A stretch of 64,000 nt of DNA from Octopus sinensis (GCF_006345805.1 NC_042997.1:31744001-31808000), one strand, 5' to 3'; counted from the stretch's first letter, positions 27,705 through 43,169 are shown. A program made the numbers and translations. Notes: generated by a model from the letters alone, not told the origin.

Positions 27705-28172
27705 TATATATTTTATATATTAATATATATATATTATATATTATATATATATATATATATACAGTATATATAGATACATATGTCCTGTGAATGACTTTAA
27801 TATGCATCCGGTAGCAGGGCTCTCTTCGGGAGTTCCAGGATCTTGAAGAGTATGGAACCACCTCTTAGCCACTATTGTTCCCTAGTCAACTTTGACTTAG
27901 AATAGTATCACCTGTCACTCTCCCAGCTATGGGTTAACTAGCATATGTGGTGGCATTTCCATCTGACCGCGCGGACGTAGTAATATCCATGGTTGGTATC
28001 GGGGCACACAGTATAAACATCGGGAGTGAAGTACCCGTGGGTTTTGTCACAGCGTCCTTTTAGGAAAGCAAAGCTCTGATGTGAAACCAGTGGTTTTATG
28101 TGATTACTGATCATCTCGTTTCGGCTTGTCGCTCAGTACTAATCACGCAGAATAAGAGTCTGATACACGTGT

Positions 28173-28588
28173 TACTCTTTACTCTCTTACTTGTTTCAGT
28201 CATTTGACTGCGGCCATGCTGGAGCACCGCCTTTAGTCGAGCAAATCGACCCCGGGACTTATTCTTTTGTAAGCCCAGTACTTATTCTATCGGTCTCTTT
28301 TGCCGAACCGCTAAGTGACGGGGACGTAAACACACCAGCATCGGTTGTCAAGCAATGCTAGAGTGACAAACATAGACACACAAGCATATACACACACATA
28401 CATATATATATATATGCATATATACGACAGGCTTCTTTCAGTTTCCGTCTACCAAATCCACTCGCAAGGCTTTGGTCGGCCCGAGGCTATAGCAGAAGAC
28501 ACTTGCCCAAGATGCCACGCAGTGGGACTGAACCCGGAACCATGTGGTTGGTTAGCAAGCTACTTACCACACAGCCACTCCTGCGCCT
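28173..28588 (-). mobile_element. SINE family A, full length, young
   Basis: Near identical to 31091-31499 and 46017-46441. Confidence 0.92.
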
Positions 28589-29221
28589 ATTGTACAAGTG
28601 TTTGTAACTATAATCCACTGATGTATAGGTGTCTCTTTATGGTGACCTCATTTATCATTCCAGCTACTGAAAATGGCGATCGAAGAATGGTGGTGTGCGT
28701 ACGCCTAACTGGTTAGAAGTGCACTGTACGTTATAACTTCCCTTTGCCACCTATGCTCTAATTGATGCAGGTCTGCAGCAGGACTGAATATTCATCTCAG
28801 AGGTCATAGACGGGAAGTATGAAACGCAAAGTTACAGCAATTATCCGTGAAGTTGGAACAATCACCATGTATGTATATATGTATGTATAAATGAATGCAT
28901 ATACATATTAATAGATGTATGATTCTGGAGACACAAAGATTTGTTATATACTTTACCTTTTCATTTACTTTTATTTATTTATCAATTTATTTTCTTATTC
29001 ATCCTTTTATTCTCTTTGACTTTTCCTGTTTTTGACCGGTGTTTCTGCGTGTGTTTTTTTTGTAGCTATTGACATGCAAATGAAATGATTATGAACATTT
29101 TTGTAAATTTGCTTTTCATTCAACTTATACATTGATCCGAAGAGTCTATATTGTTCAGTATTGGTGGGATAATGCTAATCTGATGCATTATTTCGTATAT
29201 TATACAATAATATGTTCTACT

Positions 29222-29608
29222 ATAGGCACAAGGCCTGAAATTTTAGTGGAGGGAACCAGTAGATTAGATCGACTCCAGTTCGCAACTCGCTCTTAGTTTA
29301 TCGACCCCGGTAGGATGAAAGGCAAAGTCGACCCCGGTGGAATTTGAACTCAGGACATAGCGACGGGCGAAATATCTGTTTCTTTACTACCCACAAAGGG
29401 GCTAAACACAGAGAGGACAAACAAGGACAGACAAACGGATTAAGTCGATTACATCGACTCCAGTGCGTAACTGGTACTTATTTAATCGGCCACGAAAGCA
29501 TGAATGGCAAAGTCGACCTCGGCGGAATTTGAACTCAGAACATAGCGGCAGACGAAATACCGCTAAGTATTTCGCCCGGCATGCTAACGTTTCTGCCAGC
29601 TCGCCGCC
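29222..29608 (-). mobile_element. Family B heterodimer: head-core-tail B1 followed by core-tail B2
   Basis: Junction near 29372; same layout as 8035-8421. Confidence 0.85.
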
Positions 29609-31090
29609 TTGTATATTATATAATAATATTACCTTAATAAACTCTTGGTAAAGAGTCAATGAAACAGTTGTAATAAAACGAGTTGCTCACTCGGTTCCCC
29701 TTGGTTCGAAAATCTGATTAAAGATCAGGGCTCTATAAGACGGTCATGTAAGTAGTCGTGATTTTCTAAAAAAAACAATGTCGAAGGTCTTTGTGATTGG
29801 TACGATATGAAATATTGAGCTCATAATCATATACATCATAGTCCTTCAGCCTTGAACCTAAAAGTTCTGCCTTCATTTTTGACAAAACAAGATGCCTTTA
29901 AAGATTGCTTTGCCAGACCTGGAAAAGTTTATGGAAATGTGTAAATTCATTTTTGAAAGTTCAAACCATGCGACGTGCAATCTTGATGCCGTTCGATTTC
30001 TTAATTTAAAGAGGTGCAGTTTCTTTTCTAGTACAACAGAAAGTTAACTTTTGTCCACTTGTGTACCAGATTGAAATAATACCAGGATAGATGCTGCTGA
30101 TGAAGCCATCTGTCAAACTTGTTCAATGTACGCCATAACCGATGGTGCTAAAAGTGCTATAATGCATCTCGGGAGTTTTGTACATGATGGTTATCTCATC
30201 AGTATCTTATCGAACACTTAAAAGTGTGCCTCGATAAAGAGGATCTCATGCACCCTTAGCGATGGAGTGTCGTCAACACCTAATACTCCAACTAGAGTCG
30301 TTCATTCTGCAAAGACGCTACTATTCTTTTCCGACCAGATTTGTGGTAAAAAATTGTCAACAGAGTTCGATTGACCGACTCAGATTTATCATTTACTATC
30401 GGTTATTTTTTGATGGATGCACATGGCGGTGTCCACTCCTGTATAAAGGCTCTGTTCTATATCTGATGGCGAAATCAGGGTAGACCTACTGTGGTACAAG
30501 TCAAAGTCACTGAAGCAGACTTTGCGGAACCTAACTCTACGACCAAACAGGAATGACTTGTGACAAATAGTCAATAACTTGCCTTAAATCACCCTCAATC
30601 TCTGTGGTTCTCAGCTGTTTTGGCATATAGATCCATGTGATTCCTGTTTTATTTAGGTAGATCCTTATAGCCATTCGATGTTTAAAACATCATATATGTT
30701 TTTAATCAAATATTACGAATTGTATTAAAAACTACTTAAAATATTATAGAAATATAAAGAATTTATTGCGCATAAATTTTAACAGCGAAATCTTATATAG
30801 ACCTCTAAAAGTCATGTGGACTCAAGAGGAGAACCACTGCATCGCAAGTATTGAAAGAGAAAAATACATTCCATTAGGAAGTCGAAGATATATGAGTGCT
30901 CATAGCTGTAGCATCTTTTATTAAAATTCTACTCGATCAAGATCGATCGAGTACTAAACAATAACTACAAAAAAAAAACAAAAAAACAAGTTAATGAGGG
31001 GGTCTCAACCTTGTAAAAGATTCTCTCATAAAGAATAATACTCTACAGCGTTGAGAACGAAGAAAAACGCATCGGATAGAAACAGTCTAT

Positions 31091-31499
31091 AGGCGCAGGA
31101 GTGGCTGTGTGGTAAGTAGCTTGCTAACCAACCACATGGTTCCGGGTTCAGTCCCACTGCGTGGCATCTTGGGCAAGTGTCTTCTGCTATAGCCCCGAGC
31201 CGACCAAAGCCTTGTGAGTGGATTTGGTAGACGGAAACTGAAAGAAGCCTGTCGTATATATGTATATATGTATGTGTGTGGGTGTTTGTGTGTCTGTGTT
31301 TGTCCCCCTAGCATTGCTTGACGACCGATGCTGGTGTGTTTACGTCCCCGTCACTTAGCGGTTCGGCAAAAGACACCGATAGAATAAGTACTGGGCTTAC
31401 AAAGAATAAGTCCCGGGGTCGATTTGCTCGACTAAAGGCGGTGCTCCAGCATGGCCGCAGTCAAATGACTGAAACAAGTAAAAGAGAAAGAGAAAGAGA
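31091..31499 (+). mobile_element. SINE family A, full length, young
   Basis: Head aggcgcaggagtggctgtgtggtaag through tail gaaacaagtaaaagag. Confidence 0.92.
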
Positions 31500-31991
31500 G
31501 TCTAAAATGAAAATGGGATCGGATGGTCATAGCTGGAGTGCCTTTGATCATAGTTTTATTCAATCAGAACTTATACCAAAGCATACACTTCAATGCCGAT
31601 AGCAGTTAAAAGGATCTAATAAATATATTTATTATTAACTGTCGAATGTAAGGGTGACAATGCTTACAACAGCGGTAGTGATACAAGGGAGAATATTGGA
31701 GTAGAGGTGCAAAGGAGAGATTCAGATGTTGGTGCCGGAGAAGGAACAAATAAAATCATATATATAATACTAGTTAAAACTGTAAAAAAACAAAAAAAGC
31801 CCTAAAAACTAGAATACCGTAAATATCTTAAGAGGATAAACAAATTAGCGAACATACAAACATTCATAATGCAAGCCAAACACATCGAGAGAGTGTGCGT
31901 CTGTACGCGAATAACATATATATATATATATATACACGCACATATATATATATTTATATATATATATAATATATATATATATATACACAAC

Positions 31992-32029
<38 letters not shown>

Positions 32030-32176
32030 TTACGTCATTAGAAAAGAAATAAGATTAGCGATATTACTGGAGTGATGAGTATCGGTGTTGACATATCGTC
32101 AAAGGACACTCCGCCGACGTGCATTCTCGAGCTTCAGAATATATATCAGTATTATTTTTTTCTCCCTGTATTTAAT

Positions 32177-32250
<74 letters not shown>

Positions 32251-32615
32251 GCTGCTAACAATATCGAGGATAGTTTTGTTCTCGCTTTTATTAGTGGTGT
32301 TTATTTTTGGTGTTAAATTTTCTGCATTATAATACTTATTCAAATGAGATTATGACGATGAAAAAAGGGAGATGATGAAGCGTATTCAAACATGCAAATA
32401 TATATATATATATGAACTCACACACACACACGGACAGACACATACACGCAGTCGCGCGCGCTCACACACGCACACACTCACACACATACACACACTCACA
32501 CACCTACACATTAGTATACATCATACACATGCATATATTTGCCTATACCTACCTACATATCTACCTACCTACCTACCTATATATATATATACGTGTGTGT
32601 GTGTGAATGTGGATG

Positions 32616-32676
<61 letters not shown>

Positions 32677-32687
32677 GTCTGTCTGTA

Positions 32688-32750
<63 letters not shown>

Positions 32751-33587
32751 ATATATGTATATACACACAAACGTATGTATATATATTATGTATATATATA
32801 TATAGATAGATAGATACAGTATATGGGTGTTTTATACTTTATATATACATACATACACATATATATATATATATATACACATATATACATACATACATAC
32901 GTGCATACATACGTGCATACATACATACATACATACATACATACATACATACATACATACATACATACGTAAATATGTATGCATGTATGTTTGCATGTTT
33001 GCATGTGTGTATGTATGTATATATGTATGTATGGATGGATGGATGGATGGAAGGATGAACGTATGTACGTGTGTATAAAATATGTATATTTTATTAAACT
33101 TCACTTGATTTTTCTCGTCAAATTTTGTCACAATATAAAATTTTGATGACGTATTAAGCAAGATTTAAGATTTAATACTTACTAAATAAGACTCTTGTTG
33201 ACAGGTAAGCGAGAGTTTTTGCAGTTATCTTCATCCCCGCTGATCTTCTTGGCTTTCTTCTATTAGCTTTTGTTACGTTGTTCTTTAGACCCGCTCCATT
33301 CTGTCTGTCTGTCTGTCTCTCCCTCTCTCTCTCTTTCTCTATATTTCTCTGTACCTCACTCTTTATCACTATCCTTGTAGTCTTTCTCCCGTCCCTCTCT
33401 ATCTCTCTTTCTATCGCTGAACCCAATCTCCACCATCTTCTCACAGTATCATTACAACGGACGTTTTTCACTGAATACTCTTTCTATATTTAACAAACTC
33501 TTTTAGCGTATCTCAGCACCTTTATTATATATATATATATTTTCTCTCCTTTGTCATGCATTTTCTCGAAGAGTTGGACTTTCCTGC

Positions 33588-33707
33588 CAGTTTCTGTCTA
33601 CCAAATCACAAGGGGCTATAGTAGAAGACACTTGCCCAAGATGCCATGCAGTGGGACTGAACCCGGAACCATGTGGTTGGTTAGCTAGCTACTTACCACA
33701 CAGCCAT
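33588..33707 (-). mobile_element. SINE family A 5' fragment
   Basis: gaagacacttgcccaagatgccatgcagtgggactgaacccggaacc...accacacagcca. Confidence 0.8.
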
Positions 33708-33966
33708 ATACACACACATATATATATATTTTACATATATATATAATATGCATATATACATGCCTACGTACACATATTCATATACTTTTAGAAGGAAACG
33801 GTTGAAAGTTACTTCGAAGTCACTGTCAACTTCTTATAAACCTCAGCGAACTACTATATCAATCTCAGCACACATACAAGAAACACAACCACAAAGACGC
33901 AAGCACTCGTACATACACATTATATATATTACACCTACGCATACATATACATGCATATATATATAC

Positions 33967-34029
<63 letters not shown>

Positions 34030-34569
34030 AGCCGAAATTACTACGATGATCCGGTTCTTGATGAAGACTGAGGGGTTCGAATGTCCTGTCCATGTTTATT
34101 GTATCGTCTTCTATGAGTTATACGTTCTTGTCCATGTTGTATTTTTCTACATACCTTAATATATATATATGTATATATATATGCACAAACACATGCATAC
34201 AGATATACACACCTGCATGTATGTACGCATATATAAGTGTATGAATGTGTGTGCTGTACATCAATGTATTCTTTATATATTAATCTCCATTTTAAAATCG
34301 AATGTATTTTTCTTTTGGTAGGCGAGGATAGAGAAGTTTTCAAATGTCGTCAAACTATTCGTATGTCGTATAGCTTTGAGGATGTAACAAGCAAAGATGT
34401 CTAAGGTTACACTTACTCCATACGACCGTTGATGACAATCACCAAGATCTTAATCCAAATCTCAAGCAGTTTTTATCTTCTTTATTTCCATTCCCCCTTT
34501 TTCTTCATAAAAATCTAACAGATTTTTATGCCGTTTCATTTCTCTCTCTTTCTCGCTCTCCCTCTCTCC

Positions 34570-34654
<85 letters not shown>

Positions 34655-34907
34655 CATCTATCTATCTATCTATCTATCTACCTACCTACCTATCTATCTC
34701 CTAACATTCTCAGTTAGCCTCGTTGTTTCCTTTAACATAATTTTAATGGTTTTATTTTGCATTTAGATATGACTTCTCATATTCATTTACTCTCAGCATA
34801 ATTTCCTGTCACATCACCACATTTCATTGCACGACTTTCTATTCCTTTACCTCATTTCTTATGTATTCATTTCCGTATCTCTCTCTTTCGCTCTGTCTCT
34901 GTCTCTG

Positions 34908-34938
<31 letters not shown>

Positions 34939-35389
34939 CTCTTTGTCTCCCTCTCTTTCTCTCTCTGTATATATCTATGATACAATAAAAATCAGTTTGA
35001 ATCTTGCTTGCTTGCAAATTTATCCAGCCAAACTGGCGCATAATGGAATTAAATTTACCCTGAAATGTTAATACGAACGGAATAAAACAAGTTCCGTGTA
35101 TATCGGACCAGTGGTTTTAAAGATATCAGGAGTTTTGGGGTATAACTGCCCAAAAGGGTGCATAATGGGAAAATATTCCGAAAATAATCTTCATCCTGAA
35201 AGGGAAGAAGCCCTTATCTTTCTATTAGACACAGTGAGTTGACAACGAAAAAATACGAGGTTTTTTACAGTAATTGTTTTATTTTCGCATTTGGTAAACA
35301 ATATTTTAATCCTTTAGAAAAATGTAAGCTGTATGTTCAGTAAGTATTTATATTTTAGCTTTCTTTAAACAGAAATATTTATGCCTATG

Positions 35390-36190
35390 TACGTGGTCTA
35401 ATGAATAAATATCCGGACTGTTGTCATAGCACAGATTAACCCTCAACTGTGCTTTGCATGCGCACAAAGCTTTAACGTTCTAGCTTACTTCTGCTGTTTA
35501 CAGCAATGCTTGGAAGGAAGGTGTATAGCATGTCACCGTCGTATTGACCATGACAGAGAAAGCTGAGCAGAGAATCTGCATTAAATTTTGCCAAAAGCTT
35601 GGCGGTACCTGCTCAGAGGCCTACGCAAAGTTTTCAAAAAATTTCATCGTTATCGACAGTTAAGAAGATCTTGTGTAACTGAAACTCGAATGTCCTTTTG
35701 GTCAACTGAAAGAAGTTTTAGCACAAGCCAGACAAAAACGCGTCTCATACCCCAAATCTTCAGTGATAATGAACTGAAAAGAACCTTAACTAATCTGTTC
35801 ATCCTCTGATAACTCACGGATGGTGATTCGACGATTTCGCCTCACAGCTGCATGCACATCGGCTGGTTGCGGGTCCCCCAAAGTGTTCCTTGATATCAAC
35901 ATTTTTTTGCCCATCTTGGAAACGTCTGAACCACTCGTACGGATATGTGTGGCTCACACATTCTTCTTGCATGCACTTCCTGCAATATTAAGCAGGCCGC
36001 TGAGCAGGTATCGCCATGACAACTTTCTCTATCTCAGTCATGTAAACAGCGGAAGAGAGCTAGAACGCTAAAATTTAGTGCGCATGCACAGCAGAGTTTA
36101 AGGTCAACCTGTGCCAAATGGCTTCACTCTATGTGCTTTTAGCTACATTACAATGGAAACAGTCCGGATACTTATTGATCAGACCTCGTA
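35390..36190. mobile_element. Mariner-derived non-autonomous element made of two inverted 5' ends
   Basis: TIRs are tacgtggtctaatgaataaatatccggac at 35390 and the reverse complement of tacgaggtctgatcaataagtatccggac ending at 36190, with TA termini. The plus arm encodes MTEKAEQRICIKFCQKLG and the minus arm encodes WFRRFQDG...NRRITIRELSED, both mariner N-terminal HTH regions. Confidence 0.8.
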
Positions 36191-37114
36191 TACACACATA
36201 TAAACATATTTTATATATATATCACTCTGTCCATCTCTATATTTGTCTTTCTGTCTGTCTCTGACTAATTATCAATCTATAGATCAATTAGTCAATCAAC
36301 CTATCGATCTATATGTCTTACTAGCTATCAGTCTGTCTTTCTTTCTTCTTTACTTTCTCTCAATCTTCGTATACATACTAGCTCATTTACCACTATATCT
36401 ATCTCTACAATGCAGGTACAAATATTAATCTGTAAACCTGTACGTTCGTGTATCTCTTCTTCCTTCAATCCACTCCAACGTCTTAATAACATACATCTCT
36501 ATATATGCAATATATCGCACGCATTCATGTATGAGTGGGCTATTCTTCTGTGAAATGTATATATTCTTCATTTTCTGTACGCCTTACTTTCACTTTACCC
36601 CGCCAATCAAGCATTCCCTCGTTTCCAGTCTTTCATATATGTATGTATATATGTATGTATGTATATATGTATGTATATATATGCATGTATTATGTACGTA
36701 CGTATGCATGTGTATATATGCATGTTAGATATATAGTTATACATATATATTATATACATATATATTATATATATATATATTATATCATTTATATATATAT
36801 ATATATATCTATACATATATACATATGTATATATATACACACACATATATACATATGTGTGTATAATATTAAAAAGATGTGTTATATGTAACTATGTATA
36901 TATATATATATAGGTATATATATATAAATATATATATATATGTAGTGTGTGTATGTATATATGAATGTTTATATATATATGTGTGTGTGTATAGGTATGC
37001 ATCGTATATTTGAATACTGAACGAATATATAGATAAGTATGTATATGTATATGATCACACACACGCACATTTATATACATATGTATGTATATATATACAT
37101 GCATATATATACAG

Positions 37115-37152
<38 letters not shown>

Positions 37153-37338
37153 TATATAATATATATATATACAGATATACGTATATACGCACTCAGGCCT
37201 TTTGTAATCACATATTCATGAATATATAAAATGCGCGTGTATCCGCATATATGTGAGGGTGTGTATATGCATGTTTGCTATAAAGGGCATATGCATACGT
37301 ATGTATCTATATGCATACATATACTTATGTGCATACAT

Positions 37339-37385
<47 letters not shown>

Positions 37386-37570
37386 TATACAAACACAAAC
37401 ACAATTATATATATATATATATATATATAAAAATACGCTGATAAATGTACACACATATATACATGCCTACCTACCTACCTGCCTACTTCCCTACATACAT
37501 ACCTACCTCCCTACTTCCCTACCTACCTACCTAACTACATACATACATACATACATACATACATACATGC

Positions 37571-37601
<31 letters not shown>

Positions 37602-38956
37602 TATATATACACATCCATACTTGTATGCATACAAACATACATACATACATATATACATACACACATACATATACTCTGACATACGCACACAAGACACAGA
37701 TATTTATCATCTATCTTCCACAGTTTTAAGCAAATTTGACAATACAATGATCTTCAATAAAATTTGAAAAGGACAAAAACAATGAAACAACAAGAAAATT
37801 AACTAAAAGAAGAACAAAAAAAAAAACAAGAAAATCATCCACATTCCATACGGTACGTATTAACAGCAAATCTCGCAAGCTGTCACTTAACGCCTTTACA
37901 CCAACACATGCTTTTTTATTTATCTCCCTGACAGAAGAGCACACATTACATCAAACGCATATGGCGTATACATATATGTTTATTGATACAAATACACCGA
38001 TACGTTTCTGTGTATACGTATATTCTTATAGAAAAATATATGCACATATAAATATATGTATATGTGTTTGTGTTTAAATATATATACTTAAAAATATGTG
38101 TATATATATATACCTATATATTATGCATATATATGCTTTATGTATATATATATATATATATATATAACATGTATATAATGCATACAGGTATATATACGTA
38201 CATATATATGTGTATATATGTATATTATACTTACACAGATTTTACAGAGAATATAAGCAAATGTACATATGTACTAACACATGCGTAATACGAAAACATC
38301 AACACTGCGCATGACAGCGTGTATGATTTATAGACATTATTCTGCAGATTTCTGTTCATATACAAGTGTGCATAGTTGAACCTTTCTACAGATGAGAACG
38401 TATGCATATATATATATATATATATATGCCACTCTATATATATGTTTGTGTTTGTGTATAGATATGTGTACATATGTATCTATATATATATATATATAGA
38501 ACACGAATGTAGATGCGAGGAAATTGCATAGTGGCACTGAAGACTGAATACTACACGGTGTCACTTTGATATGAATATAACTTACACACTGCTATTCTCA
38601 AACATATAGTGATATAATTTTAGTTGTTGTATCTATCTACATATATACCCACCCTCCTACGATACACGTTCAGCAATTCCTAAACTTTTAAATTAGACGT
38701 TGCGTGATTACATATGTACATGTGTGCGTATACATTCATATATATAATATATATTATATATTATATATATTATATATATATAATATATAATACATACATA
38801 GATATATGCATATATATATGTAATATGTGTATCATTTGCATACTTCAACATCCACATAATCTGTAAATGTATATGCATTTATATTATATATATATATATA
38901 TATACATATATATATACATATATATACATATATATATAAATATATATAATATATAC

Positions 38957-38997
<41 letters not shown>

Positions 38998-39007
38998 TAT
39001 ATATATC

Positions 39008-39039
<32 letters not shown>

Positions 39040-39196
39040 GTATATGCATATGTAGATACACACATGCATACATATATATATTGTAAATATATCCTTATAC
39101 ATATATATATGTTTACATATATATATATACAGATATATATATCAAGCGCTCCTCCACCCACACATGTTTATATACATATGTATCTATGTGTCTCAT

Positions 39197-39236
<40 letters not shown>

Positions 39237-39971
39237 CGCATATAAACTCACGTATATGAATCGGCTAAATATACTTACATATACATGTATATCAATTTGT
39301 ACATATAGGCATATTAGAAACAACGTGGTGAGAGTCTATCTGTGTCTGTGCCTGTGTGTTTTAGCGTATATACTTTTGCAGATTTATATCGATTTTCCTA
39401 AATATATAAATAACAAGATAAGCAAATAAACAGATAAAATTCATTTTTATAGCTGTCTCTTGTATATACGAATATGATAAATGTGTTCCTGAACAATAGG
39501 GACTACAAAGCACCAGTGAGTAGCAGTAAGCCGATGGAAACAAACGTAACGTATTATGAACCATTGAGTTGAGAAAAAGGGTGGGTGGGGCGAGGGAAGC
39601 GAGGGTGTACATCGCGTTCACTCGATTGACTAGAAACATCAGCCAATATCTTGTAGACTCAACATGTAGCGTCTTATACCGAGGAAGGAACTATTTAGTG
39701 GTGAATGCTATTGTATGTACGAATATACTCGGGGCTAAATAACAGTAATAGTATAATCACTTGACCAATATATTAATAAGAGCATCAGTGATGCACTTCC
39801 ACTGATACTGGAAATAGCAGCGAAAATTATTGTCAAGTTATATTCTACTCTCTTTAAAAAGAGCGGTAAAACAGTCAATAATGTTTGCTAAGATACACAA
39901 TGACAGACAAAAAGCAGATAAAGAAAGAAAAGGAGAAATACAGAAGGGGAGAGAGAGAGAGACTGAAGGAG

Positions 39972-40060
<89 letters not shown>

Positions 40061-40109
40061 CACAGACAAACAAACACGCAGATATTTTCAACGATATTTG
40101 TAATAATCT

Positions 40110-40290
40110 TTTCTACTACATGCACGAGGCTTGAAATTTCGGGGTAGGGTGCTAGGTTGATTTCATCGACTCCAGCATTCCATTCCGAAAGGATGAAAGA
40201 GGAACTTGGCCCCGACGGAATTTGAACTTAGGAGGTAAATACAGACGCAATGCAACCAAGCTTTTTGTCCCCCGTAGTAAAGATTCTGCT
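40110..40290 (-). mobile_element. Family B SINE, diverged
   Basis: ccgaaaggatgaaagagg...cggaatttgaactta. Confidence 0.6.
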
Positions 40291-41279
40291 AGTTTGCTGC
40301 CTTCTGTGATTTTCATAATAATGAGATAAAAATCTATTATATAATCTATCTGAAGACGACAACCAACTGAGATTATTCTAGCAATTAATAAACAAAAATT
40401 ATAAAGATAGTTATAAGATCCTCCCCAAAATTTTTGGGGCAGTGCAAACAATAGAGATTGAAAGGGGTCTGTTCTATAAAACCAACTGGTTTGAGTGAAA
40501 GAAACTTTCAGCAAAATTAAGGATGATCTGTCTATCAATCGATCTATCTCAATATATGTATATAATGTATGTGTGTGTGCTTCTGTGTGTGCATAGGTAC
40601 ACACACATACTCACACATATTTATATATAAACATTTTAAAAATTAATATAAGATATTTAAAATACTAAATAAATAACACGGATCTCATGGAAAAAATAAA
40701 GATAACTGTATGCACTTTCGGCTCTCATCATCATCTCAAGCACATAGTGAAACTCAAAATGCTTTCTAGTTGTTACATGATAATATCGTCTACCAAAATT
40801 TATCATAAAGACGTGGGAATGAAGGATTATAATCTACCCGAGCTTTTCGAAGATCACGGGCGTTTTTGTTTTTAATTTTGTTTCTAACAAGGTAGGAATG
40901 AAGACAGCTCTGGCAGATTACATAGCGGTGGATTAGCAGAAAAATTGGAGAAGGATAGGAATAGACACTCGACATTTGTGCCGACTCTTTACGATCTAAG
41001 TTCAAGCTTACCAATTATGTCTTCCCTTTTAGTCTTACGGAATCGATAGCGAAGGAGCAGTCGTTTACTATATTAAGTTTAATCGAATAGTACTCTGTCC
41101 AAATTCATGGAAGTGAAAGAAATCAGAATAACAATGCATCCTCAATGAATAGCAGATTAACCAAGAAGATGCAGTCGCTACTTCGATTTACAGACCCAAA
41201 GTAACTGGAAGACAGTAAAATCTTGCAATATAATCGGGTGTTTAGTATAAATGTGAAGAAGCACATATCAAGAAGTCGT

Positions 41280-41700
41280 TTTTTAATTTAATGTATCATT
41301 TTCAAACGAACTACAAATAAAAGAACTTCAGCAGAAATTTCATTAACTTTGAGCAGCCTGCATGTAAAAGCTTTCCAAGTATCTTCAGATGTTACGATGA
41401 TAAATGGATTTCTGAGCACAGCAAGCTCATCTCGTGCACTTATCTGCAACTATGTCACGTGTGATAAGTGCCCTTTAGAAAGATTGAAATCTAGCATTGG
41501 ATTGAATGAACATCATATTAATACTCGGATATATCAGCATTCCTTTATTAAGCATGAAAGGAAATTCACAAGTGCTTTATCGTTGTATTTCAGAGTTTTC
41601 AGAGAATCAGTGCTTGGTGAGTTGCTGTGAAGATTCAGGCACCAAAGTGATAGGGATGAAAAATATAGATGGGAAAAAATGAAAGGAAGACAGAGAAAGG
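41280..41700 (+). mobile_element. Decayed Penelope-like element, GIY-YIG endonuclease region
   Basis: ORF 41349-41630 contains CNYVTCDKCPLE, IGLNEHHINTRIYQH..SF and SALSLYF. As recalled from memory, these resemble the PLE motifs CNCxxxxxCPL, YIGxTExxFKxRxxNHxxSF and TxLSxYIW. The upstream FNVSFSN resembles FNPPYS. Confidence 0.5.
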
Positions 41701-42010
41701 AAGAGGAGAAATTACGCGAGTAGGAGGAAAATATCTCCCTCACACGTGCTACTAACACACGAATATGTATGTATATAATTGTGTCAGAGATTATTAGACG
41801 TGACAATAAAATGAGAATTTATTTTCTTTTCCATTCTGGTATCATTGAAAGAAACACATACTTAATAACATACACACGTAAGCTAGCATGCGCACACACA
41901 CACACACGCACGCAAGCACACGCACGCAAGCACACGCACGCACACACACACACACACAATAATTTTCCAGAACAGAAAAATACATGAAAAACTCATAACT
42001 TTTCCTGCAT

Positions 42011-42054
<44 letters not shown>

Positions 42055-42126
42055 TGAACTCGCATGTCTGTATGCGTATGTATGTGCGTGTGTGTGTTTC
42101 TTTATACCTATTTTTTGTCACCCACC

Positions 42127-42296
42127 ACCATTTGACAACCGGTGTTGGTTTCTTTACGTCCCCATTACTTAGCAAAGGAGACTGATAGAATAAGTTCCAG
42201 GTTTAAAAAAAAGACAGCTCTACGGTTGATTCGTCCGACTAAATATTCTTCAAGGTGGTGTCCTAGCATGGCTACAATCTAATGACTGAGACAAGT
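42127..42296 (+). mobile_element. SINE family A 3' half, diverged
   Basis: ttgacaaccggtgttgg...gatagaataag...gactgagacaag. Confidence 0.65.
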
Positions 42297-42385
42297 GTGT
42301 GCTCCAGTGGTAAAGTGTTACACTCACGATCGCTAGATCGGGAGTTCGATTCTCAAACCTGACGGTGTGTTGCGTTCTTTAGCAT
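42296..42385 (+). mobile_element. tRNA-like SINE head fragment
   Basis: tggctccagtggtaaag (A box) ... ggagttcgattctc (B box). Confidence 0.55.
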
Positions 42386-43169
42386 TTAGAGACTTGGCTA
42401 GTGTCACACTTGTACAGCTGCACAGGCAATGCCGATTTGATGAAGAGAGTGAGCTCATGTAGAAAGCATATCTTTGATAACTATAGACAAATCCTTTGTA
42501 CAAGTCGTTCAGCATACGTCATGTTCGACAAGAGAGACTCAATCATTTATGCATATCAATGTATGTATGGTGTGTTTTTGTTTGTTTATTGCTTCTTTTT
42601 TCTGCCCTGCTAAAATATTTAATCTATTTAGTATCAAGCGATTCAGTGATAGAGCTAACAAACTGAACACTGAGTTCAAAGTCTTTTAGGAACTGAAACT
42701 TCCAAGGGACAATGTCGGCGAAATTGATAAAACAGGAACCGTTCCCACCCGCTCCCACACACGCATAGGTACAAACTCAAGCACATACTCATACAAACAT
42801 ATACCTGGGTTTCTGGGTTGTAATCAGTCATCAGTGTTTGACAATCACGAGCTGGTGAGGAAAACTCATTCCACATTCTAGATCGTGATTATCAATCACT
42901 GATGACCAGGGGTTCTGGGTCACAACCCAGAACCCCTGGTCTGTGTATATCACGTAAGGCTAGAGATGGGAACGATGCTTTCCCCTCGCAAATACTAATC
43001 GGATACAGACAATGTGTCGTTAGCCAGCTGGAGGAGATGTCCTCCTGAAGCTAAAAAACAACAGTAGCATCGTCCTCTATGGGACTGCCACATTTAGATG
43101 GCAATTATATTATACGTCTTCGTACTGCTACTATGTACTTCTCGCTCAGAGATTTAATGTATATATATA

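Noticed and set aside
34050-34095. ttgatgaagactgaggggttcgaatgtcc, a hammerhead-like remnant
   Set aside because: C3 and one A of GAAA are missing and there is no stem I; at best a fossil.
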